Notes under the pieces: generated by a model
What the model saw: only the letters and a program-made list of their open reading frames with translations
Told to the model about the DNA's origin: nothing
Database searches by the model: none
Translations under genes and position numbers: made by a program
In this document: positions 7,782 through 16,387 of the stretch, one piece after another
Layout: each line of letters starts with the position of its first letter
Position numbering within the stretch: the stretch's first letter is position 1
IMG/VR virus record: IMGVR_UViG_3300017761_005402
Location: 1 to 39,498 of that record
Length of the DNA stretch: 39,498 nucleotides
DNA from: a virus
Taxonomy: Duplodnaviria > Caudoviricetes
Reading direction: 5' to 3' (one strand)

Positions 7782-8687
7782 ATGAACATATCCCAAGTTT
7801 GGACAGAAAAGTATAGACCATCAAAGATAGAAGATGTTCTAATGTCAGAGAGTGACAAGGAGATATTCCTTTCTCTTGCCAGAGTTCCTAATAATCTTCT
7901 TTTTATAGGAAGTCCAGGTTTAGGAAAAACAACAGTTGGAAAAATTCTTGCTAAGAAATTTTCCCCAAACTCTTACATTTACATTAAAGCAAGTGAATAT
8001 GGTAATATTGACACTGTTAGAAATTTAATTTTTGATTTTATCAGTGTTAGTAGTATTGATGGTAATCAGAAGATTGTTATTTTGGATGAGGCTGATGGTA
8101 TTTCCCTAGCTGCACAAAAGGCACTAAGAGGAGTTATGGAAGAGTATTTGGATAATGTCAAATTTATTCTTACTGCTAACTATAAGAATAAACTAATAGA
8201 GGCTATTAGGTCAAGATGTCAGGAATTTGTATTTTCTGTTAATGAAAAACAAGTGATGACCAGAATGGTGCAAATTCTCAAACAAGAGAAAATCGTTATT
8301 CCTAAAGAATCAATTGAATCATTAAAACTTCTTCTCAAAACGCATTTTCCTGATATTAGAAAAACTATCAATGAGTTGCAAAGCTGCTGTATTTCTGGAA
8401 CATTTGTTTATAAGACTGCACAGCACAGCGAATTCTCCCAAGAATTAAAATCCGTCCTAGCAGTCAAAAAAGACGTTTTTGAGGTAAGGCAATTTGTATT
8501 AGATAATTTGGATAGATTTGGCAATGACTATCACTCTCTTATGAAAGAACTGTTTCATCTCTATGTTAGAGAGTGTAATAGTATTGCATGTATTCTTATC
8601 AGTGAATATATGTACAGAAGTGCATTTGTATTAGATCAAGAAGTGAACTTTGCAGCCATGTTGTTCAATTTGAAAGCAAAACTGTAA
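7782..8687 (+). CDS. clamp loader AAA+ subunit (T4 gp44 / RFC small subunit-like)
   Basis: WTEKYRP, GSPGLGKTT, ILDEADG, AQKALRGVMEE, AIRSRC, DIRKTINELQ. Confidence 0.93.
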   Translation: MNISQVWTEKYRPSKIEDVLMSESDKEIFLSLARVPNNLLFIGSPGLGKTTVGKILAKKFSPNSYIYIKASEYGNIDTVRNLIFDFISVSSIDGNQKIVILDEADGISLAAQKALRGVMEEYLDNVKFILTANYKNKLIEAIRSRCQEFVFSVNEKQVMTRMVQILKQEKIVIPKESIESLKLLLKTHFPDIRKTINELQSCCISGTFVYKTAQHSEFSQELKSVLAVKKDVFEVRQFVLDNLDRFGNDYHSLMKELFHLYVRECNSIACILISEYMYRSAFVLDQEVNFAAMLFNLKAKL

Positions 8688-8691
8688 ATAT

Positions 8692-8883
8692 ATGAAAACA
8701 ATTGCAAATATTATAAGGTTGAATAGGTTAAAGGTGTACAATAATGTAGAAAGTGGTGTTATGGACATTGTTTTCCGCCATAATTCATATGATAATAGAC
8801 GTTTAACCATAAACTCTGTTAGTCATCATGTCGAAGATTCAGTTCATATTTGCATTCAGTTCATATTTTCAGAATATTTATGA
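8692..8883 (+). CDS. hypothetical protein
   Basis: 63-aa ATG ORF following the clamp loader. Confidence 0.55.
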   Translation: MKTIANIIRLNRLKVYNNVESGVMDIVFRHNSYDNRRLTINSVSHHVEDSVHICIQFIFSEYL

Positions 8884-8887
8884 CATA

Positions 8888-9241
8888 ATGTATAAGAGAA
8901 TCTCAATAATTCCAATGATACAAAATCTTGACATTTCTCTTTTTGATATTTCAGAAACCTCCTATAAGGGTTCTTTATGGTTCCGTGTTTGGGGTCTAAC
9001 TGACAGAGTTGCACATTTAGACTATAGTGGTTTAAAGTATGCTATCTCACACAGTCCAATTGATTACTTGTTTGTAACATGTTTGGACAATAATCCATTC
9101 TTAAATGTGTTGTCAGAGGACAAATTGTTGGATAGACTTCAACTAGCAGAAACTATTGCTAATAGGCTAGGAGTGCCTCTATGTGGTATTTCTGTGGGAA
9201 AATTTAGAGAAAATAAATTTTCCATGAAAGAAATAGTGTAA
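8888..9241 (+). CDS. hypothetical protein
   Basis: ORF 8828-9241; non-overlapping ATG at 8888. Confidence 0.55.
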   Translation: MYKRISIIPMIQNLDISLFDISETSYKGSLWFRVWGLTDRVAHLDYSGLKYAISHSPIDYLFVTCLDNNPFLNVLSEDKLLDRLQLAETIANRLGVPLCGISVGKFRENKFSMKEIV

Positions 9242-9260
9242 TGTTAAGTATTGTACAGTT

Positions 9261-10982
9261 ATGAAAAAATTTATAGTTTCGTTGCTGGTAATGTTGGTTC
9301 CTGTGCTTTCCATGGCACATAATGAATTGGATGATAGTCTAATAAAATACTACAAATCTAATAGTGTAACTGGAAACTCTAAAAAGGTTGATGATTATAA
9401 GTGGATAAGAAGAGTATCTATGGACTTGGCAGGAAGAATACCAACACATCAAGAGGTTGAAACTTTTGTAAAAAACGCCAGTCCTGATAAAAAGCTGGAA
9501 ACTGTTAGTAAAATCTTAAACAGTGTAGATTATGTTAACAACTATCAGAATTTTTGGGCAGATTTATTAAGAATACGACCTGAAAGACTATCTGATGATG
9601 TGGCACTACTAAAGTCTTATCCCTACATGCAATATGTGAAAACTTTTATAAGAGATGACATTTCTTATAAAAGTTTTGTTTTTGAATTGTTGTCTGCAAC
9701 AGGAAGATACACAGACAATCCTGCAACAGGATACATGATCAGAGATAATGGTATGCCCCTAGACAACTTGGCAACAAGTTTGCAACTCTTTATAGGAAAG
9801 GATATTGCTTGTGCACAGTGTCATGATGATCCATTTCAAGACTACTCTCAAAAACAGTTTTATGAAATGGCAGCACTTTTCAATCCTCTTGACAATAGAG
9901 AGAAAAGATCAGACTATAGTGAAGTGTTAAAAAAGATAGATTCTGAAATAAAAGAAATAACACAAAAGGATAGAATAGATAATAATGTTAGACAGTTGCT
10001 GGCTGCAAATCTTTTCAACCTATCAGATAATGATAGCAAAGTTTTGAAGTATCCACATGACTACAAATACAGTGATGCCGAACCATTTCAAGAGGTTAGT
10101 GCATCCACACTAGATGGAAAGTTGAAAGGAACAGAGTCTAACAAGAGACAACTAGCCTCAGAGTGGATTGTTAATCATGAAGATTTTCAGAATGCAATAG
10201 TTAATAGAATTTGGGCAAACATAGTGGGAAAACCCCTAATAAGTCCAGAAACAAACTTTAATGTTGGTGATTATCCAGAGGGACAAGTTTTAAAGCACCT
10301 AGGAGAGTATTTCAAAACTCATGATTTTAGTATAAAAGAATTAATTAAGTTAATAACAACATCTGATTTTTATTCAAGAGTAGCATATGTTGGAAATGTG
10401 GAAGACTATAAGTTACAGAGTGTTTTGGTTAAAAGAATGAGTGCCTATCAAATATGGGACAGCATTCTAACCCTAGTGTTGCCAGATGTTAACTATACCA
10501 GAGTTTCTTTTTCAGAATACTCGGACTTGTTAGAGATTGATTGGAAAGAGGTGAGTGGACAGAAGGCATTGGATGCTGTGAGCAATCTAAAGGAATATGA
10601 TAATAAACTCTCTCAAAACTTCCTAAAGTATAAAAACATTGATCTTGTAAGAGCAGCATACAGTCTTAAAACAAACTCTTTCTTGGGGCAATTCTTAAAA
10701 GAATATGGATGCTCTGATAGAGTCTTGCTAGACTCCTCAGACAGTAATGGAAGCATAACCCAAATATTAACCATTATGAATTCACCAGTTATGGAATTGC
10801 TGTTGGATAAAAAATCCCAAATATTTCAGTCATTCTCTAAGAATTCCCAGAAAGATTCAATCTTTTTGAGCATCTTGGGCAGACCTGCAAATGTTGAAGA
10901 GAGAGCACTGATACTAAAAACAGATTTAGCTGATTTGGTATGGGCACTAATCAATTCCAGAGAATTTCTGTTCAGAATATAA
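9261..10982 (+). CDS. DUF1549/DUF1553 (PSCyt2/PSD1) planctomycete-type secreted heme-motif protein
   Basis: Signal peptide; WIRRVSMDLAGRIPT, FWADLLR, CAQCHDDPF (CxxCH), IVNRIWA, KRMSAYQIWDS, ILGRP, DLVWALINSREF. Confidence 0.88.
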   Translation: MKKFIVSLLVMLVPVLSMAHNELDDSLIKYYKSNSVTGNSKKVDDYKWIRRVSMDLAGRIPTHQEVETFVKNASPDKKLETVSKILNSVDYVNNYQNFWADLLRIRPERLSDDVALLKSYPYMQYVKTFIRDDISYKSFVFELLSATGRYTDNPATGYMIRDNGMPLDNLATSLQLFIGKDIACAQCHDDPFQDYSQKQFYEMAALFNPLDNREKRSDYSEVLKKIDSEIKEITQKDRIDNNVRQLLAANLFNLSDNDSKVLKYPHDYKYSDAEPFQEVSASTLDGKLKGTESNKRQLASEWIVNHEDFQNAIVNRIWANIVGKPLISPETNFNVGDYPEGQVLKHLGEYFKTHDFSIKELIKLITTSDFYSRVAYVGNVEDYKLQSVLVKRMSAYQIWDSILTLVLPDVNYTRVSFSEYSDLLEIDWKEVSGQKALDAVSNLKEYDNKLSQNFLKYKNIDLVRAAYSLKTNSFLGQFLKEYGCSDRVLLDSSDSNGSITQILTIMNSPVMELLLDKKSQIFQSFSKNSQKDSIFLSILGRPANVEERALILKTDLADLVWALINSREFLFRI

Positions 10983-10984
10983 TT

Positions 10985-12271
10985 ATGAAAAAACAATTAA
11001 ACCTAACATGTCCACTATCCAGAAGAGAATTTGTGGAAAAACTAGCACTATCCACATTTGGAATCTCCATAGCAGCACATGCTAATTCACAACCAGTATT
11101 AAACAAGTTTGCCAAAGCAAAACATGTGATATACATATACAATAATGGTGGTATGAGTCATTTGGATTCTTTTGATCCAAAGGAGAAATCTTCTGTTATG
11201 GGAGGAGTTAAACCAATTCAAACAAAGGGTGATTTCTTTGTATCAGAATATTTTAAAGAATTGGCAAAACATGGTGACAAATTCTCCCTTATAAGAGGCA
11301 TGACCAGCAAAACTGGTGCACACTCTCAGGGACAGTATTTGATGAGAACCAGCTACACTAAGAATAGCCTTACAGTGCATCCTGCTATGGGAGCAGTAAG
11401 CAGTTTCTTGCTTGGAAAACAGCAAGGCAGCATACCAGACAACATTATAATAAGTGGTGATAATGGACATCCTGGAGAGGGTTATCTGGATAAGAAATAC
11501 ACACCACTACCAATCATAAATCCTAATGAAGGTTTACGTTTTAGTAAAATGTCTATTAGTGATAGTTCCTTAAATAACAGACTAAGCATAATGAATGCAT
11601 TGGACAGAAATTTTAGAGACAATTTTGGAGTGGCTGATGTGAATTCTTACAATGTTTTGTATGATGAAACTTTGAAACTTTTGAGAAGTGAAGATTTGGA
11701 TGTTTTCGACTTGAACAAAGAGAGTGCACAAGTTAGAGACAGCTATGGACGTAGTAATTTTGGTCAAGGTTGTTTGTTGGCCAAGAGATTAATTTCTAAA
11801 GGAGTTAGATATGTAGAAATTGGAGATGGTGGATGGGACATGCACAATGACATCTCTGAAAACATGACTAAAAAATCAGAATACTATGATAAAGCACTAG
11901 CAACACTGTTCCTAGATTTACATCAGAGTGGACTTTTAAAAGAAACCTTAATAGTGATAGCAACAGAGTTTGGAAGAACAATTGATGCAGAAAATACCAA
12001 CGGTAATAGTGGATTGAATAAAAATGCTGGTAGGGATCACCATCCTAGTGCATTCTCTTGCTTAATGGGAGGATTGGATATAGGTGGAAAGGTTGTTGGA
12101 AAAACTGATGAGAATGGTAGAAAGGTTGTGGAAAGACCTGTTGATATTGGTGAATTGAATGCAACTATAGGGCATCTATTAGGCATAAAACATGACTATG
12201 TTTGGATGAGTCCAGCAGGAAGACCATTCACTGTTGGAAACAAGAGTGAGCCTATAAAAGAATTGTTGTAA
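10985..12271 (+). CDS. DUF1501 family protein with Tat signal
   Basis: SRREFV twin-Arg; AKHVIYIYNNGGMSHLDSFDPK, FGQGCLLAKRL..GVRYVE, GGWDMH, TEFGRT, GRDHHP. Confidence 0.9.
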   Translation: MKKQLNLTCPLSRREFVEKLALSTFGISIAAHANSQPVLNKFAKAKHVIYIYNNGGMSHLDSFDPKEKSSVMGGVKPIQTKGDFFVSEYFKELAKHGDKFSLIRGMTSKTGAHSQGQYLMRTSYTKNSLTVHPAMGAVSSFLLGKQQGSIPDNIIISGDNGHPGEGYLDKKYTPLPIINPNEGLRFSKMSISDSSLNNRLSIMNALDRNFRDNFGVADVNSYNVLYDETLKLLRSEDLDVFDLNKESAQVRDSYGRSNFGQGCLLAKRLISKGVRYVEIGDGGWDMHNDISENMTKKSEYYDKALATLFLDLHQSGLLKETLIVIATEFGRTIDAENTNGNSGLNKNAGRDHHPSAFSCLMGGLDIGGKVVGKTDENGRKVVERPVDIGELNATIGHLLGIKHDYVWMSPAGRPFTVGNKSEPIKELL

Positions 12272-12273
12272 AT

Positions 12274-12302
12274 TTGACAAGTTGGCTTGTAGGGTGTATA
12301 GT
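12274..12302 (+). promoter_or_regulatory. sigma70-like promoter
   Basis: TTGACA-17 bp-TATAGT. Confidence 0.7.
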
Positions 12303-12345
12303 TGAGTATTATCACCCCACAAAAATTCCACAAACTAAATAAAAA

Positions 12346-12543
12346 ATGAATACTATTATTAGACAAGTTTTATGGAAGGGTGGGTATTCTAGTCATCTTT
12401 TAAATAAATTAAAAACCGTAATCTCTATCAGAAAATCTGTTTGGGAATATACTGGACAAACTGTTGAAAATACCATAGAAACTGCTGATCTTTGTATGCG
12501 TGTTGATCTTATAAGAACCGTACGTAATTTAAATAATGAATAA
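12346..12543 (+). CDS. small hypothetical protein
   Basis: 65 aa; overlaps next start. Confidence 0.6.
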   Translation: MNTIIRQVLWKGGYSSHLLNKLKTVISIRKSVWEYTGQTVENTIETADLCMRVDLIRTVRNLNNE

Positions 12544-12745
12544 TCAACTTAAATTGTGTGATAATAGCGTATCAAACGGTATGGTACGCAATATGAGTAG
12601 ATCCTTATGGGATGCTGCATGGGCTAGTTTTCATATTGAGGATATGTTTATTACAAGATGTACCAGAGAAAATGGTGTACATAGGGGTAAATTTTTTCTA
12701 ATCAGTGATTTGAAAGACTCTATTGATGCATACAACAATGAATAA
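12536..12745 (+). CDS. small hypothetical protein (paralog of 13185-13388)
   Basis: LWDAAWAS...KFFL...IDAYN. Confidence 0.65.
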   Translation: MNNQLKLCDNSVSNGMVRNMSRSLWDAAWASFHIEDMFITRCTRENGVHRGKFFLISDLKDSIDAYNNE

Positions 12746-12998
12746 GACCTATTATGAATTGGCGATGTTTTCTAGAAAGAATAGAAACTGGTCTTGTATA
12801 AATTTAATGAAACAGAATGGTGATGTTGCTAAAAAAATTTCATCTAGGAGCATTGATCGTTCTCTAATATGGGCCAAAGTTACACCACATCTTGACCGAA
12901 CCATTGAACTTAATATCAACCCCAATAGACTTAATAGATATTCTATTAATGAATGCATCAGAGAACATGTAAAAGAATTTAATTTAGATGAAAAATAA
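12738..12998 (+). CDS. small hypothetical protein
   Basis: ATG 12738 overlapping the previous stop. Confidence 0.6.
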   Translation: MNKTYYELAMFSRKNRNWSCINLMKQNGDVAKKISSRSIDRSLIWAKVTPHLDRTIELNINPNRLNRYSINECIREHVKEFNLDEK

Positions 12999-13182
12999 AA
13001 TTAGATGTACGGTGAGCAGTCATATTTTTAAAAATATACAAATAAACTTATCAAATGACTTAAACCATACCATTTCTGGAGAAGCATTTGTAAATGTTGC
13101 CAGTTTTATGATATTAATTCCATTTTGGCAAGTAGGAGGAAACATTTCCGGTTTTGTGGGACAATATATTAACAATGAATAG
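12988..13182 (+). CDS. small hypothetical protein
   Basis: 64 aa; coupled to neighbours. Confidence 0.6.
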   Translation: MKNKIRCTVSSHIFKNIQINLSNDLNHTISGEAFVNVASFMILIPFWQVGGNISGFVGQYINNE

Positions 13183-13184
13183 AT

Positions 13185-13388
13185 ATGTATGTACTAGCTG
13201 TTGGGAAAAATAATTCAAGGGCCATTACTAGAACTGTTACTAGTGAATTATGGTCAAATATGTGGGCTTCTGTGGATGGTAATGTTGATAATTTTGTTTG
13301 GAGATACAATATGATCAATGCTCCATATCTTAGTAAATTTATGCTAAGTGATCATATAAAAAGCGAAATTATAAATTATAATAAATGA
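13185..13388 (+). CDS. small hypothetical protein (paralog of 12536-12745)
   Basis: LWSNMWAS...KFML...IINYN. Confidence 0.65.
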   Translation: MYVLAVGKNNSRAITRTVTSELWSNMWASVDGNVDNFVWRYNMINAPYLSKFMLSDHIKSEIINYNK

Positions 13389-13643
13389 TGAATGATATTA
13401 GAGATTTTTCTAGGGATGTTAATATTAGGTTACATAATTCTAGTCACGATGTTGTAGTTAGAGTTGTTGATAATGTTGCTAGTAACATAACGTTATTTAT
13501 GAACATCAGCATTTAATAGTCTTTATTCACTAACAGAGGAGGATAGGAATCGTGTATGAGATAGTAATAGGAGTGGTGTTAGTGCAGCCATAGACTCACA
13601 TCTCTTAGATATGATAATAAGTGAAAATAGAGAATTAATCTAA
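13385..13643 (+). pseudogene. possible disrupted small gene
   Basis: 43-aa ORF 13385-13516; the +1 frame continues RYL*TSAFNS...RV*DSNRS...ELI with two in-frame TGA. Confidence 0.3.
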
Positions 13644-13862
13644 TAAATTTTTCACTAATCCCACTTTTGGTAAATCTTCTGGATTTTTTTCTGCTCTTTC
13701 TTTTGCTCTTTGAATTTCTTTATCTGTAAAGAGTAGAGGAACTTCTCTACCATCTTCCAGTTGTATTCTAATGTAGTTATATTTTGATGCTGCTGCCCAG
13801 TGTGCATCTGTATTGTCCACATTTTGTAAATCTCCTATTCTTTTTGCTTTAATTTTACTCAT
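13635..13862 (-). CDS. hypothetical late protein
   Basis: 75 aa; TATAAATA-N5-ATG. Confidence 0.75.
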   Translation of the reverse strand: MSKIKAKRIGDLQNVDNTDAHWAAASKYNYIRIQLEDGREVPLLFTDKEIQRAKERAEKNPEDLPKVGLVKNLLD

Positions 13863-13867
13863 ATTTG

Positions 13868-13875
13868 TATTTATA
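13868..13875 (-). promoter_or_regulatory. T4-late-like promoter TATAAATA
   Basis: Exact T4 gp55 consensus 5 nt before ATG. Confidence 0.65.
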
Positions 13876-13884
13876 TAGGGGTTG

Positions 13885-14679
13885 TTATTTTATCACAGAG
13901 TAATATGATGGAGTTTCAAAAGAATCTCCCATAGGCTTGTCTTTATAAAAATCATTAAGTGCAGACTTATCCAAAGAATCTATATTAGAAAATCCTGGTT
14001 TATGAACAACAGGAGTCTCTTCTAAATTTGAAATATTTTCGGGAGAATCCATATCATCAAGCTTTATAGTGTATGATTTTCCAGTGTATGTTGAAATATA
14101 ATAGTCTGTTTGTCCAGCAATTTCTCTCTCCTCATCCGAGAAAATGCTTCCTTCCTCATCAAGAGCACTCCATATTCCACTAGAAACTCTGTTTAGTTGG
14201 TCCTTTGTTAGTCTATTAACTTCTATATTATTGCCATGTACTCTGCTCCAATTCCACTCTTTTATTGCATATTCTCTAGCATCTCTCATATACAACATTT
14301 TTGAAATTTTTTCTCTAGGCTCTTTGAAATTTTTTACTATATAATCTTCTATAAACTGTTTTGGATCATGGTCAAAACTATCCTCAAATTCTTCTTCTGC
14401 ATCCTCATCCTGCAAATCTAAATCACCTTTCAGTTCTTCTTTAATATCATCATAATATTCAGACAATTCTAGTGATCTAAATTCATCCATGTCTAAGCCA
14501 AAATAGTTTAATATAGAACCAGTTACCATTTGTTCAACATGCATCTCATGGTTCATGTCTCCAACATCACCATCTGCATACATAGTATTTCCATTCTCAT
14601 CAAACCAATATTCTCCCCTGATGTAAATTTCACCATTCTGGTCTTCTGTTATTAATTTGTATAAATCTGTGAATTTCAT
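13885..14679 (-). CDS. acidic hypothetical protein, possible virion internal protein
   Basis: 264 aa, D/E-rich; N-term MKFTDLYKLITE. Confidence 0.7.
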   Translation of the reverse strand: MKFTDLYKLITEDQNGEIYIRGEYWFDENGNTMYADGDVGDMNHEMHVEQMVTGSILNYFGLDMDEFRSLELSEYYDDIKEELKGDLDLQDEDAEEEFEDSFDHDPKQFIEDYIVKNFKEPREKISKMLYMRDAREYAIKEWNWSRVHGNNIEVNRLTKDQLNRVSSGIWSALDEEGSIFSDEEREIAGQTDYYISTYTGKSYTIKLDDMDSPENISNLEETPVVHKPGFSNIDSLDKSALNDFYKDKPMGDSFETPSYYSVIK

Positions 14680-15521
14680 AATCTTTTTATATATTTGAGC
14701 GGTATGCTATGACCCACTATAACAGTTTCAGGACTCATGTCCTCTGGGATGTAAGAACTGTCTTCTATATTTAATGAATGTAGAAAGGAACTGTTTATGG
14801 CACTTTCCAACACATCCGGTTCTGGTTGTAAATTGAGGCTTTGAATACCTTTTTCATTCTTAAATTTTGTTAAATCTATCTCTAATAAAACATCACCATA
14901 TGTACCAGTTGCATATGTTTCTGGACTAACAGATGTGAAAACACCAGTACAGCTTCTGTTTGTTAATCCTGTTCCACAACTACCATATATCTCCCTATCC
15001 CTTCTAATAGCCTTCCAATTCTCTTCTGTGGTGTAGTGGTACACAGGTCCACCATAACTACATAATTCTCCTATTGTAGTTTCCCAGCCATCAATATATA
15101 AATCTTTCTCTTCAATTCCCATAATTTCTAACTTTTCATCATCACTCATCCTTTGGATTTCATCAACCAAATCACTTGAATTTCTTGCAAGAAATTCAAA
15201 AGTGTCATCACTACTATTCTTTTTTAACCATAGTGTGGTTTTTTCTTCTGTGAGAGATATGATATTGTCATTAAAATATGAAGATTTTGCTAGTTGGAAA
15301 AATTCAACAAAATTTTCCAATTCATCCTCGTCCAAGTATCCTCTATCTTCTATGTATTCATTCCAATCATCCTCATAACTCTCATATTCTGGAACATGTT
15401 CTCTTTGATTAGCATCTGGAAAGAACGAGTCAGTTGTTTTGTACCACCTATCATTTTCTGGATGTGTTAATTTAAAATCACTACTATCAAATAGTACTGA
15501 ATATAATTCATTCAAAAGCAT
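14676..15521 (-). CDS. acidic protein with C-terminal ADP-ribosyltransferase-like domain
   Basis: VYHYTTEENWKAI...IYGS...GVFTSVSP...YGDVLLEIDL...E resembles the ART-HYD/KptA-type core. Confidence 0.5.
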   Translation of the reverse strand: MLLNELYSVLFDSSDFKLTHPENDRWYKTTDSFFPDANQREHVPEYESYEDDWNEYIEDRGYLDEDELENFVEFFQLAKSSYFNDNIISLTEEKTTLWLKKNSSDDTFEFLARNSSDLVDEIQRMSDDEKLEIMGIEEKDLYIDGWETTIGELCSYGGPVYHYTTEENWKAIRRDREIYGSCGTGLTNRSCTGVFTSVSPETYATGTYGDVLLEIDLTKFKNEKGIQSLNLQPEPDVLESAINSSFLHSLNIEDSSYIPEDMSPETVIVGHSIPLKYIKRL

Positions 15522-15548
15522 ATAGTTATTTATATAAATAACTATATG
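15519..15548. promoter_or_regulatory. palindromic divergent late promoter
   Basis: Perfect 30-bp palindrome CATATAGTTATTTATATAAATAACTATATG containing both start codons and two TATAAATA boxes. Confidence 0.75.
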
Positions 15549-15959
15549 AAAGATTTAGAAACAATATATGAGGAAACCATACATGAGAGAAATTGGTTGT
15601 TGGGTCTTGCCACTGCTGCTGCATTAGCTAATAGTTCACCAGCACAAGATGTTCAAAAAACAGATTTATCAGATACTATTAGATTGAACAGAATGATAGG
15701 GGATAGAGAAAAAGAAATTAAAAACATAAAAGATGTTATCAAAAGTATAGAAGATATGGTAGGTTCTATTGATAAAGAAATAGAATCTATTAAAAAAGCA
15801 ATAGCCAGATTCAACAACACTAGTGATCCATATCAAGTAAATCTAGCACTAAAATACAGAGAAAAAATAATAGAATTGAATAATAAAAAACAAGAAGTTC
15901 TCAAAAAAAGATCACAATTTATAGAAGAGCTTAAAAAATACGCTAATGTAAATAAGTAA
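15546..15959 (+). CDS. coiled-coil hypothetical protein
   Basis: MKDLETIYEE, hydrophobic LLGLATAAALA, then heptad-rich helix. Confidence 0.75.
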   Translation: MKDLETIYEETIHERNWLLGLATAAALANSSPAQDVQKTDLSDTIRLNRMIGDREKEIKNIKDVIKSIEDMVGSIDKEIESIKKAIARFNNTSDPYQVNLALKYREKIIELNNKKQEVLKKRSQFIEELKKYANVNK

Positions 15960-15963
15960 AGGT

Positions 15964-16329
15964 ATGAATTTACAACCATCAACAAGTGTTAGATATAACG
16001 AAAGAAGATTACTCTTTGCACAAGAGTTGAGTTTTGGTGGTCATGGTCAAATGCCTCTAACAGGAGCAGGAACCTATGTAGCTCCAGCAGATCATGTATT
16101 TTATCAAATAAATTTTTTCACAGCATCTGTTGTTCAGAATGTTGTATTCAGAAATGTTAACACTGATGGAACAAGTATATACACAGCAACCAACAGTGCA
16201 TTTAGTGCAATGTCATTCCCAGCAGGGTTTGTATGGAGTGCACCACTAACATCAATAAGATTAACAAGTGGAACAGGACTAGCATACATGTATAAAAAAT
16301 TCATTCCAGAAGAAATTTTTTGTGATTAA
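15964..16329 (+). CDS. hypothetical protein (beta-rich, possibly structural)
   Basis: 121 aa, S/T/G/A/F-rich. Confidence 0.7.
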   Translation: MNLQPSTSVRYNERRLLFAQELSFGGHGQMPLTGAGTYVAPADHVFYQINFFTASVVQNVVFRNVNTDGTSIYTATNSAFSAMSFPAGFVWSAPLTSIRLTSGTGLAYMYKKFIPEEIFCD

Positions 16330-16351
16330 TAGCTAGGAGAAACATACCAAC

Positions 16352-16380
16352 TTGACTATAGTGTATAAATAAGGTATTGT
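16352..16380 (+). promoter_or_regulatory. nested sigma70-like and late promoter
   Basis: TTGACT-17 bp-TATTGT with TATAAATA (16364-16371) inside the spacer. Confidence 0.6.
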
Positions 16381-16387
16381 ACAAGAT

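Noticed and set aside
9261-12271. Host chromosomal contamination or prophage boundary
   Set aside because: Base composition looks like the flanks, phage genes lie on both sides, and no integrase or att-like repeat was seen; not fully excluded without reads
13385-13643. TGA=Trp or TAG recoding of the genome
   Set aside because: Two TGA codons fall at W-like positions here, but conserved genes are full length in code 11, use TGG for Trp, and end at TGA/TAG normally
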